A stretch of 64,000 bases of DNA from Candidatus Latescibacterota bacterium (GTDB lineage: Bacteria; Latescibacterota; UBA2968; UBA8231). This document shows positions 40,857 through 51,248 of this stretch, piece after piece. The stretch is taken from assembly GCA_965217585.1 (NCBI GenBank), contig OZ244561.1, positions 7,232,001 to 7,296,000 on the forward strand, read 5' to 3'. Both the position numbers and the translations under genes were made by a program. The notes under the pieces were generated by a model, which did not search any database, was not told the origin of the DNA, and worked only from the letters and a program-made list of their open reading frames with translations. Position 1 is the stretch's first letter. Each line of letters starts with the position of its first letter.

Positions 40857-42440
40857 CTATCTCACACGCCCTAATGCGCAGACACTGCAGAATGTAGGAC
40901 GATCATCTATTGTGGCTTTACCGCTAGGTAATTGGAATGGTATAGCCCCACCCATGTTGACGCGGTAGCCCATATCAGCCATAGCCGCCAGATCTAATGT
41001 AGTAATAGCCAGCGGACTATTCCCGTGCGGACTCATAAGGGTATTACGTAGCAGGGGGTACTGCCAATGGCCCGCCCAATCTTCAAGTGGGACAGCACCG
41101 CTGCCTCCGCCTTCGGCATAAATTCGTTTTGTATGATACCCGATAAAACTAGCTGCTCCTTTATCGTCCATTTCTACTAATTGCTCAAGATAACCTACAG
41201 GCGGCGGTATTACGAACTGGGTGCCAAATCCGAGGACGTGTCCGATCTCGTGGGCAAAGACCATTTCCAAGTGCTCAAGGTCGTCTATACGCTCTATACG
41301 TATACAGCCAGTCGCGGTTAATCCGCTTTCACGTTCGAGTGATGGAGACGCCATAGCTTGAGTAGGAGAGTTTTCAAACTCTCTTTGCTCTACAAAGATA
41401 CGGAGGTCATCGACCGACACGGTAGAAGCTGGATAGTAACTAGAGAAGCAAGACTGCTTCCATAAGAAATATCGACCGGGGGAATAATGAGGCAGATTAT
41501 ATAGTGCATCTTCCCAATGCAACTTTGCTTTTAGCATAGCCTCTCTGTGTTTCCATTCCCAGTCATCGTTAGGATCAAAAACCAATTGTATATAAAAGCC
41601 ATCTAATGAGTCTGGTATGGATTCCCATATAGTACGATTGGGGTCTGGAATTCTAATCGGTGGGAGAGGATTAGGTTCAGTCTGTGGGGGGGCGTCTGCT
41701 TCTGTTTCATTTGCTTCTGTTTCAGGTTCATCTAACGTCGTGAAATTCTCCCCGAAGACCCAACCTGACGGCCCGTCCCTATTCTCAGCACGGACGGCCC
41801 AGCGATACTCTGTATCAGGCTCTAAGTCGTTGATGGTGTTGTATAGCTCAGTCCCCCTATGCGGCTCGTTGGTCCATCGGCCTCCCACCGCTGGCTTGTA
41901 GTTCACATCGTAGTCGGTAGCTCCATCGGAAGCGTCCCAGCGGACTGTACAAGACGTGGCGGTAGGAGCATCGAATCGCAGATTGGTTGGAGAAGCCGAC
42001 ACCTCATTCAAACTATCATCTTCGGATGATCGCGTCGTAAAATTAGAGCCATGAATCCATTCAGATGTTCCATCGCTATTCTCCGCCCTCACCGCCCAAC
42101 GATACTCCGTATTGGGCTGCAAATCGTGGATAGTGTTGGATAGCCCAATCCCCCTATGCGGCTCGTTGGTCCATCGGCCACCCACCGCTGGCTTGTAGTT
42201 GACGTCGTAGTCGGTAGCTCCATCGGAAGCGTCCCAGCGGACTGTACAGGATGAGTCAGTAGGAGTATCGAATCGCAGGTTGGTTGGCGCGGCAGGGGCG
42301 GCAAGCGCGGCTAAAGACTTGCCCGCTGGCGCAACCGGTGCCGGCCGATCTTTCGAGCAAGAGAGAAGGACGACAGACAGGCCGAGCAGGATAAAGAAAA
42401 CCGAACGAAGCACTATGAAAATCCGTGCGAGGGTGCGCAT
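40857..42440 (-). CDS. Lipoprotein with two Fn3 domains and a leishmanolysin-like zinc metalloprotease domain
   Basis: Lipobox-like LLSC, two Fn3 repeats, HEIGHVLGFG, GHW, LMSP. Confidence 0.8.
   Translation of the reverse strand: MRTLARIFIVLRSVFFILLGLSVVLLSCSKDRPAPVAPAGKSLAALAAPAAPTNLRFDTPTDSSCTVRWDASDGATDYDVNYKPAVGGRWTNEPHRGIGLSNTIHDLQPNTEYRWAVRAENSDGTSEWIHGSNFTTRSSEDDSLNEVSASPTNLRFDAPTATSCTVRWDASDGATDYDVNYKPAVGGRWTNEPHRGTELYNTINDLEPDTEYRWAVRAENRDGPSGWVFGENFTTLDEPETEANETEADAPPQTEPNPLPPIRIPDPNRTIWESIPDSLDGFYIQLVFDPNDDWEWKHREAMLKAKLHWEDALYNLPHYSPGRYFLWKQSCFSSYYPASTVSVDDLRIFVEQREFENSPTQAMASPSLERESGLTATGCIRIERIDDLEHLEMVFAHEIGHVLGFGTQFVIPPPVGYLEQLVEMDDKGAASFIGYHTKRIYAEGGGSGAVPLEDWAGHWQYPLLRNTLMSPHGNSPLAITTLDLAAMADMGYRVNMGGAIPFQLPSGKATIDDRPTFCSVCALGRVR
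41745..42285 (-). repeat. Two highly similar Fn3-encoding DNA repeats, 297-bp period
   Basis: CCCACCGCTGGCTTGTAGTT at 41884 and 42181; TCGTAGTCGGTAGCTCCATCGGAAGCGTCCCAGCGGACTGTACA in both copies. Confidence 0.9.
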
Positions 42441-42526
42441 AATAGCTAGCTCCTTATCGTCAAGGACGAACGCCCCAACGTGGCCCAATTTCGCTAGCGG
42501 CGCAAGCCTTCGACCGGCGGCTTTAA

Positions 42527-42554
42527 TTTATCGGAATCGGATACTTCCGATAAA
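42527..42554. promoter_or_regulatory. Perfect 10-bp inverted repeat (candidate operator) in a divergent promoter region
   Basis: TTTATCGGAA-8 nt-TTCCGATAAA; back-to-back TTGTCAA (42571) and TTGACAA (42587) nearby. Confidence 0.55.
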
Positions 42555-42577
42555 CCCAATTACCAATACTTTGTCAA

Positions 42578-42650
42578 TACGGCCCCTTGACAACACCTCC
42601 ATAAAGGCTTCTTAATCATTCCGATCCGTACGCGCTATTGCGGCGGAGAG
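42578..42650 (+). repeat. Promoter/leader repeat, copy 1
   Basis: TACGGCC.CTTGACAAC...TCCATAAAGGCTTCT...CCGATCCG.ACGCGCT...GCGGCGGAGAG; also at 44754-44825. Confidence 0.9.
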
Positions 42651-42662
42651 GGAGCGATAAAC

Positions 42663-43985
42663 GTGGACGCGCGACAGGAAAAACTGCTCAGAAGAACCTT
42701 CCTCGACTACCAGTCGACGGCCGAGTTCATGAACAATCCACTCATCGTGTCGCGGGCGGAAGGGCTCTACTACTGGGACACGGACGGGAAACGCTACTTC
42801 GACGGCATCAGCGGGATCTACTCAACCCTGCTCGGCCACCGTCATCCGCGCGTCGAACAGGCCATGCGGGCCCAATGGGACAAGCTCGCCTTCGCGCCGC
42901 CCATGCACGGCACGGCCGACGTGACTCTCGACTTTGTCGAAAAGCTCGGCAGCGTCACGCCCGGCGACCTCAACTACGTGAAAGCTTTCAGCGGCGGCTC
43001 GGAGTCTATGGAGGCGGCGATCAAGTTCACGCGCCAGTATTTCAAGCAGTCGGGCCGTCCGCACAAGTACAAGTTCATCAGCCGCTACCAGGCCTACCAC
43101 GGCGCCACCATGGGAGCCATGGCAGCAAGCGGTACGGGAGAGCGCAAAACCCCATTCGAGCCGGCCCCGCCGGGTTTCCTCAAAGTATTCCCCCCAACTC
43201 ACTACCGCGATCGCTTCGGCGACTGGGATGAGGCGAACCGGTTCGCGGCACAGCAGTTCGAGGATGTCATCATCAGTGAAGATCCGGCGACGGTGGCCGG
43301 CATCATCCTCGAACCGGTGTCGAACACGGGGGGTATCATCACGCCCACGGACGAGTACTTCCAGATCATCCGCGACACCTGCGATCGCCACAACGTCGTG
43401 CTCATCTACGACGAGATCATCACCGGCTTCGGTCGCACGGGAGCGATGTTTGCCGCCCACACCTTCGGGGTGACGCCTGACATCATCTGCGGCAGCAAAG
43501 GGCTGTCGAGTGGCGCCATTCCCCTCGGAGCGCTGATGGCGCGCGAGGGGATGGGGGAGCACTTCTACGAGCCCGGCGAGAACTTCGCCCACGGTCACAC
43601 TTACGCTGGCCATCCACTAGCCTGCGCGGTCGGCATCGCCGTGGTAGACGAAATCGTGGAGAGCGGCCTCGATGCCCATGCCCGCAAGATGGGCGACTAC
43701 CTCGCCGCCAAGCTCGCAGGCCTGAAAGCGCTCGGCGTCGTGCGGGAGGTGCGGGGCAAGGGGTTGCTGAGGGGGGTTGAGCTGGTGAAGGATACGTCAA
43801 ACCTCGAGCCGTTCCCGGAGCTGGGCCGGGCGCTCAAGAAGACGGCCCTGCAGAACGGAGTCATCCTGCGGGTTGATCCGAGCTGGTTCGCCGTCGTGCC
43901 CGCCCTCATCATCGACAAGCCCCAGGTTGACGAGCTCTTCGACCTCGTCGAGAAAAGCCTCAAGGACGCACTCGACCAGGTCTGA
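42663..43985 (+). CDS. Class III PLP aminotransferase
   Basis: SGGSES, YHGAT, ILEP, DEIITGFGRTG, SKGL, HGHTY. Confidence 0.9.
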   Translation: MDARQEKLLRRTFLDYQSTAEFMNNPLIVSRAEGLYYWDTDGKRYFDGISGIYSTLLGHRHPRVEQAMRAQWDKLAFAPPMHGTADVTLDFVEKLGSVTPGDLNYVKAFSGGSESMEAAIKFTRQYFKQSGRPHKYKFISRYQAYHGATMGAMAASGTGERKTPFEPAPPGFLKVFPPTHYRDRFGDWDEANRFAAQQFEDVIISEDPATVAGIILEPVSNTGGIITPTDEYFQIIRDTCDRHNVVLIYDEIITGFGRTGAMFAAHTFGVTPDIICGSKGLSSGAIPLGALMAREGMGEHFYEPGENFAHGHTYAGHPLACAVGIAVVDEIVESGLDAHARKMGDYLAAKLAGLKALGVVREVRGKGLLRGVELVKDTSNLEPFPELGRALKKTALQNGVILRVDPSWFAVVPALIIDKPQVDELFDLVEKSLKDALDQV

Positions 43986-44037
43986 TCGGCGGCTGCGTAG
44001 ATTCCTTTGAGCCACCCCTGAACAAGGAGATGCAAAC

Positions 44038-44745
44038 ATGGCGACGATACAACTTCCAGTGAGATGGTATTCCGGCTACGGCCCCGACAATCCCGACGGA
44101 AATCGTTTCGACGACCTCGACCTGCCGTTGGAGACCACTGCCTTCATGATCGTGGATTCGGATTGCGGCAAGGGGAATCCCTGCGTCGAGGAGGGGATTG
44201 CGCCCGCGCTGAAGTCCGCCCGCGCCGTCGGCATGCACGTGTTCTTCATCCACAACGACTTCTCTCTGTGTGACGAACCGGGCAGTATCAAGCGCGAGAT
44301 CCACGGCACCCGCTGGGGCAACAAAGATGCCGCCGACCGCCCAGCACCAGAGCGCAGACCGTTGCTACCGAACTACTCGCCGTCGATTCAGCCCCTCGCC
44401 CACGAGCCAGACTTTCCCAAGCGGGAGTGGTCGGGGTTTCACGAGACCCACACCGACTATCACCTGCGCTGCCACGGCATCAAGACCCTGATCGCCGTGG
44501 GATTCTCGCAGCGGTCCTGCCTCTACTTCACCTGTGCCGGCGCGGTGGAACACAACTACCGGGTGGTGATGTTGCGGGACTGCACCCATTCGGCTGAGTA
44601 CCCCGATACAGTGGACGACAGCCTGCCGGAAGGGGGATGGCTGCGCAAGATCATGCTGCGGAACTTCGAGCACGTGGTGGGCTACACCTCCACGTCGGCG
44701 GAGTTCGTCCAGGCCTGTTCCGCGCTGACGGAGGCCCAACCATGA
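44038..44745 (+). CDS. Isochorismatase-family cysteine hydrolase
   Basis: MIVD, PKREWSGF, VGFSQRSC, LRDCT. Confidence 0.8.
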   Translation: MATIQLPVRWYSGYGPDNPDGNRFDDLDLPLETTAFMIVDSDCGKGNPCVEEGIAPALKSARAVGMHVFFIHNDFSLCDEPGSIKREIHGTRWGNKDAADRPAPERRPLLPNYSPSIQPLAHEPDFPKREWSGFHETHTDYHLRCHGIKTLIAVGFSQRSCLYFTCAGAVEHNYRVVMLRDCTHSAEYPDTVDDSLPEGGWLRKIMLRNFEHVVGYTSTSAEFVQACSALTEAQP

Positions 44746-44753
44746 ACCCCAGC

Positions 44754-44825
44754 TACGGCCTCTTGACAACGCGTCCATAAAGGCTTCTCATTGTCCCGAT
44801 CCGCACGCGCTGTCGCGGCGGAGAG
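44754..44825 (+). repeat. Promoter/leader repeat, copy 2
   Basis: Diverged copy of 42578-42650 directly before the PhyH gene. Confidence 0.9.
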
Positions 44826-44847
44826 CAGCGTAATAGGAGCACGAGTG

Positions 44848-45651
44848 ATGAAACAAGCAATGACAAAGCGCGAGATCGAGACCCTCGTCCGGGAGGTCAC
44901 AGACGAGGAGGTCGCCTTCTACCACGAATACGGCTGGGTTATGATGCCGAAGCTCGTCGCTCCGGACTTCGCCGCACAACTCCTGCGCGTCGGACGGGAG
45001 TTCGCCGATCGCAACGCCCAAGAGGTTGGCCCCGGCAAGCCGGTCGCCGGCCTGGCGCGGAATCAAGAGACCGAGCCGTTTCGCTCATTCATGTTCAGCG
45101 AGCGCATGGCACAAAACGCGACGCGCCTCGTGAACAGGAAGCGATTCAAGGGCGTGGACGTTCCGCTCCGCTACCGCGTGGATCTCCTCCTAAACAAGCC
45201 CCCCGGAGCATCCGGCTCCGTCTATCACCAGGACTCGTCCGAGCATGGCTCCGACCGAGTCGGCGAGCTCCAGTTCTGGCTGGCGCTGGCAGAAGTCACA
45301 CCCGAGATGGGTGCCATGCGGTTCGTCAGCCGCTCCCATCGCGAAGGACCGCTGGGGTCGGTGTTCAACGACGACCGGGGTGACCTACTCAAGCAGTTCC
45401 CGAATCTGACGTCCGTGTTGGAACTCTCACCGCCCTTCCACTACCAGCCGGGAGACTGCACCGTGCACCACGGATACACCATCCACGGAGGCCCGGACAA
45501 CACCACCGACAAGCCGCGCTGGTCCTACCTCTTCTCGTATAGCCCTGCCGACACTCGTTACTGGAACGGCAGCGCCGGCAACTGGGGCAGTGAGCGGAAG
45601 CGCCTGAGTGACTCGGACAATCCCATGGTGTCCGCCGAGGCCGGACCATGA
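44848..45651 (+). CDS. Phytanoyl-CoA dioxygenase (PhyH) family
   Basis: YHQD, EMGAMRFVSRSH, PGDCTVH..YTIH...N...R. Confidence 0.85.
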   Translation: MKQAMTKREIETLVREVTDEEVAFYHEYGWVMMPKLVAPDFAAQLLRVGREFADRNAQEVGPGKPVAGLARNQETEPFRSFMFSERMAQNATRLVNRKRFKGVDVPLRYRVDLLLNKPPGASGSVYHQDSSEHGSDRVGELQFWLALAEVTPEMGAMRFVSRSHREGPLGSVFNDDRGDLLKQFPNLTSVLELSPPFHYQPGDCTVHHGYTIHGGPDNTTDKPRWSYLFSYSPADTRYWNGSAGNWGSERKRLSDSDNPMVSAEAGP

Positions 45652-46373
45652 ACCTCGAAGGACACGTCGCAGTCGTCACTGGAGCCAGCCGCGGCGTCGG
45701 ACGGGCAATCGCAGATGCGCTGGAGGCGCGCGGCCTTGCCGTCGCAACCGTCGCGCGCCGCTCGGCGCAATTCACCGCGGATGTCTCAAACCCGGCCGAT
45801 GTTGACCGCCTCAAAACCGCGGTCGAAGCCGAGCTCGGCCGGCCCACCGTTCTCGTCAATGCCGCCGGGGTCTTCGGCCCGATCTCCCTCGTACAGGACA
45901 GCGACCCCAAAGAATGGGTCGAAACGCTCATGATTGATGCGGTGGGGCCCTATCTCGTGTCCCGCGCGTTCCTAGACGGAATGCTGGACGCAGGATGGGG
46001 CCGGATCGTGAGCCTTTCGTCTGCGGCGTCGCTGCACACACCCGGGCGGCTGAACAGCGCCTACGGCACGGCGAAGGTCGCTCTCAACCAGTTCACCCGC
46101 CACCTTGCCGCCGAGCTGGAGGGGACGGGCGTCACGGCGAACGTCATCCATCCCGGCGACGTCAAGACTGCGATGTGGGCGGATATCCGCGACAAGATGG
46201 GCACCGTCAGCGATAGCGGCTACCACGACTGGGTGGCGTGGGTGGAGCAAACGGGTGGGGATCCGCCGGAGAAGGCGGCCCAGCTCGTGATCGACATTAT
46301 CGAGAGCAACGTCAACGGGCGCTTTCTCTGGATCGACGATCCGCTTCAGACCCCGATCCCGAGCTGGGATTAG
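45648..46373 (+). CDS. SDR family oxidoreductase
   Basis: TGASRGVG, VNAAG, YGTAK, HPG. Confidence 0.88.
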   Translation: MNLEGHVAVVTGASRGVGRAIADALEARGLAVATVARRSAQFTADVSNPADVDRLKTAVEAELGRPTVLVNAAGVFGPISLVQDSDPKEWVETLMIDAVGPYLVSRAFLDGMLDAGWGRIVSLSSAASLHTPGRLNSAYGTAKVALNQFTRHLAAELEGTGVTANVIHPGDVKTAMWADIRDKMGTVSDSGYHDWVAWVEQTGGDPPEKAAQLVIDIIESNVNGRFLWIDDPLQTPIPSWD

Positions 46374-46422
46374 GGTGCGGAGTCGGAGGAGTAAGCCGAC
46401 GAAGTGAGCAGCCCCAGTCTGT

Positions 46423-47259
46423 TCACGAGATCTCTTGGAGAAATGTGAGCGCGTTCCCTACTACATCGGCTTGAATGTCGTCGTCAGGCCCGTTCGTCAA
46501 GAAGTTTGCTACTCTTCTAGGGCCAAGTCCATCGTGCGTCGCGAAGTCCTGCCGGATGATGGCGACCGCTTTTTTGACGTGGGGATCCTCCAAAAATGGC
46601 CGAAGGCACTCCGACGCATTTCTGACACCTATTCCACTAAGCACATAGGCGAAATCGTAGGCATCCTTGTTCGCTCCGCGGTTCCTGAATGCCAAAGCCT
46701 TGAGGACGAGGAGAGCACCCGGTCCGCAGACCCATATAGCCCTTGCCGCCTCTTCGCCGGAGGGAGTGCGACCGGACACCTCAACCCTCCGGCGGTCTGC
46801 AAAGGCAAGGTGGAGACCCGGTGTGATCACGGCGGCGAAGCCCTGTTGAAGGTGGCGCAGTGTACCCCCGCGATCGCTTTCTCCGCTCGGCGGGATGAGG
46901 AAATCGATGGTTATAGGACGCCCGGACTCGAGCCGCCAACGCTGATTGGTCGCATTACCTTGATCGTTGACATCCGGGGCAAATCCGGCGTCTCGCAACC
47001 GGGCACTCAACTCCTCGTATCGCTCCTCCTCCAAAATGGACAGTGCAAGCCCCAAATCCAGATCCCTTGTTCCAAGATGTGCATCCAGTCCTATCGGCAA
47101 CTCGCTCTGGTCAATCAGCAGCGAAGGCGCGAGACCACCAACAATAACAAGGTCGTCGAGCAAGTCGCCAAGCACTGTTGCGGCGTAGAGGCAAACGGAA
47201 CGGACAAGTCCGAGGTACTCTCCGCTATACCCTTCGAGAGTCGCTGGCTTACCAAGCAT
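46423..47259 (-). CDS. AbiEii-like nucleotidyltransferase (putative type IV TA toxin)
   Basis: IVGGLA, GTRDLDL, LKALAF, KDAYD; overlaps the upstream regulator stop. Confidence 0.75.
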   Translation of the reverse strand: MLGKPATLEGYSGEYLGLVRSVCLYAATVLGDLLDDLVIVGGLAPSLLIDQSELPIGLDAHLGTRDLDLGLALSILEEERYEELSARLRDAGFAPDVNDQGNATNQRWRLESGRPITIDFLIPPSGESDRGGTLRHLQQGFAAVITPGLHLAFADRRRVEVSGRTPSGEEAARAIWVCGPGALLVLKALAFRNRGANKDAYDFAYVLSGIGVRNASECLRPFLEDPHVKKAVAIIRQDFATHDGLGPRRVANFLTNGPDDDIQADVVGNALTFLQEIS

Positions 47260-48319
47260 CGTCGCCCCGTGGCAGGAACTGGCTGCGGATCTCGTCGGCC
47301 GCTTCGTGCGCCCGTTCGGGATGGGCCTTTAAGTCGAGGTAGGCTTGAACAGGATGAACACAGCGTATGCCCTCCACCTCGTCGGCACCGTGAAAGACGC
47401 CGGCATCGTTGGGCACGACGAGCCAAGTATTGGCTCCCCTCGCCCCCTCGCGGAAACCGAGCGCTCTCGTCAGCCCCGTTGACGGCACCTCTTCAAGGTA
47501 CACGGTCGAGAGACGAAAGCTCGTGTACCGCGTCCATACCCACGCGGCGGCTAAACCCGTCACGGCGTAAGGTACGGTGCCCTCAGTCAACGTCCATGCG
47601 ATTCCGCGTGTGAGGCTGTCGCCGGATGTGGCTGCGGTGTGGCCAGGTATTAGCAGCCTGTGCCTATCAAAGCGATACTCCTCGTGCCAAGCATCGAGCA
47701 GCCTGTTCGCATCGCCGATCGCAATGCCGCCTGCTCGACGGACCACGAGTTCGCTTTCGGCCAGCTTTCTGATGACCCTGCTCACGTATCCCTCGTCTAA
47801 GCCGGTGGCAACCGCGAGGTCGCGTTGACGAGGTGCCTCGGTAGGGTGCATCAGTAGCCAGCGAGCGATCCGCGATCCCTTCGGGCCGAACGCACTTTCG
47901 ACCCGCCCAGGGCGGCGGTAGCGGTTGGCGTGCCCAAGTACCTCGACATAGAGACCGGGAGCGACGATACTCGTGTTGCCAGATAGGTCCAGCCACCCTA
48001 CACCGTATTGCTCGCAGTGCGCTCGGCCCGCCTCTCCCATATAGGGAACGGCCACCAGAGGAATCACCGAGCAGGGCAAATCGCTGGTCGCCCGCTTTAA
48101 TTGCTGGACCGCATGGGCCACTGGCCCGAGAGCACCGGAATCCTTCCATTCTAATGCAAAGAAATACCGTCCCGCTGTGACGACAGAATCGAAGAGGAAT
48201 GAACTTCCCCGGCAGTTTGCATCGTACCGTATAGAACTTTCCTTCCCCCATTTTTGGAGGATCTCGGCTAGCCTCTCCGATGCTTGGCGGATGGCCTGAT
48301 TTTGAAATTGCCGTTGCAT
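47249..48319 (-). CDS. AbiEi-like antitoxin / HTH transcriptional regulator
   Basis: WLDLSGN, HTH RQRDLAVATGLDEGYVSRVI, HPVQAYLDL...ERAHEAA. Confidence 0.75.
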   Translation of the reverse strand: MQRQFQNQAIRQASERLAEILQKWGKESSIRYDANCRGSSFLFDSVVTAGRYFFALEWKDSGALGPVAHAVQQLKRATSDLPCSVIPLVAVPYMGEAGRAHCEQYGVGWLDLSGNTSIVAPGLYVEVLGHANRYRRPGRVESAFGPKGSRIARWLLMHPTEAPRQRDLAVATGLDEGYVSRVIRKLAESELVVRRAGGIAIGDANRLLDAWHEEYRFDRHRLLIPGHTAATSGDSLTRGIAWTLTEGTVPYAVTGLAAAWVWTRYTSFRLSTVYLEEVPSTGLTRALGFREGARGANTWLVVPNDAGVFHGADEVEGIRCVHPVQAYLDLKAHPERAHEAADEIRSQFLPRGDDAW

Positions 48320-48321
48320 AC

Positions 48322-48373
48322 TTGTCTATATAACGTATATTGCTCGAATATGCAATTCCCTTTATATAGACAA
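48322..48373. promoter_or_regulatory. Perfect 12-bp inverted repeat immediately upstream of the antitoxin gene
   Basis: TTGTCTATATAA-28 nt-TTATATAGACAA. Confidence 0.7.
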
Positions 48374-48481
48374 TTCGAAAAACTCGACAAAGGGAATATG
48401 CTTGGTGGTTCTATCCTATGTATTCTCGCCACTAAGAGGGTCGCGCCAACACTCCCCCAATCGCCCTGAACGCGCAAAAAA

Positions 48482-49687
<1,206 letters not shown>

Positions 49688-49778
49688 AGCGGGACACAGC
49701 GGGGCGGCCGGGGTTTATATCGTGCACCTACACTGTCCTAGCGGCGAACAAACCCGGCGACTGCTCTTGCTCAAGTAG
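49688..49778 (+). pseudogene. 91-bp remnant of a YWTD/FlgD gene 3' end
   Basis: Ungapped match to 53600-53690 (about 15 mismatches); encodes ...GVYIVHLHCPSGEQTRRLLLLK*. Confidence 0.85.
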
Positions 49779-49896
49779 CGGCCGGGTGTACGGAAAGCAG
49801 CATGAGCGGCAGATATACATCTTGTAAACGCAGACTCGCCATGTATCTTCTGTATCTTCTCAGACACGTATAATTCGTGAACGCGGAGGGCTAAAA

Positions 49897-50127
49897 ATGA
49901 AAGATACATCTGTAGAAAAAGAAATTCTCGATGAGATCCATAAATTGGGAAAAGGTCAACAAGCGGAGGTGCTGGAATTCGTTCGTTCGTTAGCAAAGTC
50001 CGAGATGGAAGGCGCACCCGGCAAGACTCTGCTGCGCTTTGCAGGAACGATAGATAGAGAAGACTTGGACAAGATGGCTGAAGCGATCCAGGCCGATTGC
50101 GAAAGCGTAGATCCCAATGAATGGTAG
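49897..50127 (+). CDS. Putative VapB-type antitoxin
   Basis: Small acidic ORF overlapping the PIN toxin start. Confidence 0.7.
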   Translation: MKDTSVEKEILDEIHKLGKGQQAEVLEFVRSLAKSEMEGAPGKTLLRFAGTIDREDLDKMAEAIQADCESVDPNEW

Positions 50128-50515
50128 ATACCTACTGGATACCAATATCATCATCGCTCTATTTGCTCAAGAGGAACTAATTCAGGAACGCCTACTCCAA
50201 GCCGTTGAAATTTTCTTGTCCAGCATTGTCTTGGGCGAACTGTATTATGGCGCTGAGCGATCCATCCGCGTGGATGGAAACATTCAGCGCATAAATGAAT
50301 TCGCCTCTACAACGGTGGTCATTGGCTGCAATCAGGAAACAGCTCGACAGTATGGCCGGATAAAGAACGCGCTTCGGGCAAAGGGTCGTCCCATACCGGA
50401 GAATGATATTTGGATAGCTGCTCAGGCCCTGCAACATCAAGTGACTTTGGTCGCACGAGACGATCACTTTCAAGAAATTGACGCGCTTTCTCTGGAACGG
50501 TGGGAACGCAACTAA
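50117..50515 (+). CDS. vapC: VapC PIN-domain toxin
   Basis: YLLDTNII, GELYYG, ENDIWIAA, RDDHF. Confidence 0.9.
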   Translation: MNGRYLLDTNIIIALFAQEELIQERLLQAVEIFLSSIVLGELYYGAERSIRVDGNIQRINEFASTTVVIGCNQETARQYGRIKNALRAKGRPIPENDIWIAAQALQHQVTLVARDDHFQEIDALSLERWERN

Positions 50516-50645
50516 TCTGACCGTGGGACGCCCGCGTCTCTCGCCCATCTTGATGCTGCCGGGCGAAAGGCATATCCTCGCTGCAATATGTCAATCCTCT
50601 CCTTGTTTAAGTCAGTTTCCACGCTATATTTCTGACATTATACCA

Positions 50646-51248
50646 ATGGATACGACCATGCCAAGCCTATCCCAGCATATCGCCAAACGCGCCGCCGAGC
50701 TGCCCGAGGGGTCGCTATTGTGCCCAAAGGCGTTGCTCCACCTCGGCAGCAGAGCGGCAGTCGATCAAGCGCTGTCGCGCCTCGCACGTCGTGGACAATT
50801 AATGCGGATCTGTCAGGGCGTCTATGTCCGGCCTATAGAGACTCGCTTCGGTCTGCGCCCGCCCGCGGTTGAGAAGGTCATTGAAGCGCTGGCGGAACTG
50901 TGGGGGGAAACCATTGTTCCCTGTGGCGGTGCGGCGGCGAACTTCCTCGGCCTCACCACTCAAATACCGGTGCAGTCGGTGTACCTGACCTCTGGCCCCA
51001 GCCGTCGGTTGAAACTCGGCGCACTGACAGTGCATTTGCGTCATGCCCCGCGCTGGCAGTTGGTAGCACCGCACCGGCCGGCCGGCGATGCGGTTCGCGC
51101 CCTCGCTTGGTTGGGAGAGATTGAAGAGAACCTCGGCGCGGTTGCGAGCAAGCTCTCTCCTGCCGACCTCGACGAGTTCGTTGCGTTGCGCGTCCTGATG
51201 CCAGCGCGGATTGCAGAACTCGTGAGCGCACGGATCGTCAATGCCTGA
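50646..51248 (+). CDS. AbiEi-family antitoxin (DUF6088-like)
   Basis: GSRAAVDQALSRL, GVYVRP, AANFLGLTTQIP, YLTSGPSR; partial inverted repeat GTCAG...CTGAC at 50611-50636. Confidence 0.8.
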   Translation: MDTTMPSLSQHIAKRAAELPEGSLLCPKALLHLGSRAAVDQALSRLARRGQLMRICQGVYVRPIETRFGLRPPAVEKVIEALAELWGETIVPCGGAAANFLGLTTQIPVQSVYLTSGPSRRLKLGALTVHLRHAPRWQLVAPHRPAGDAVRALAWLGEIEENLGAVASKLSPADLDEFVALRVLMPARIAELVSARIVNA

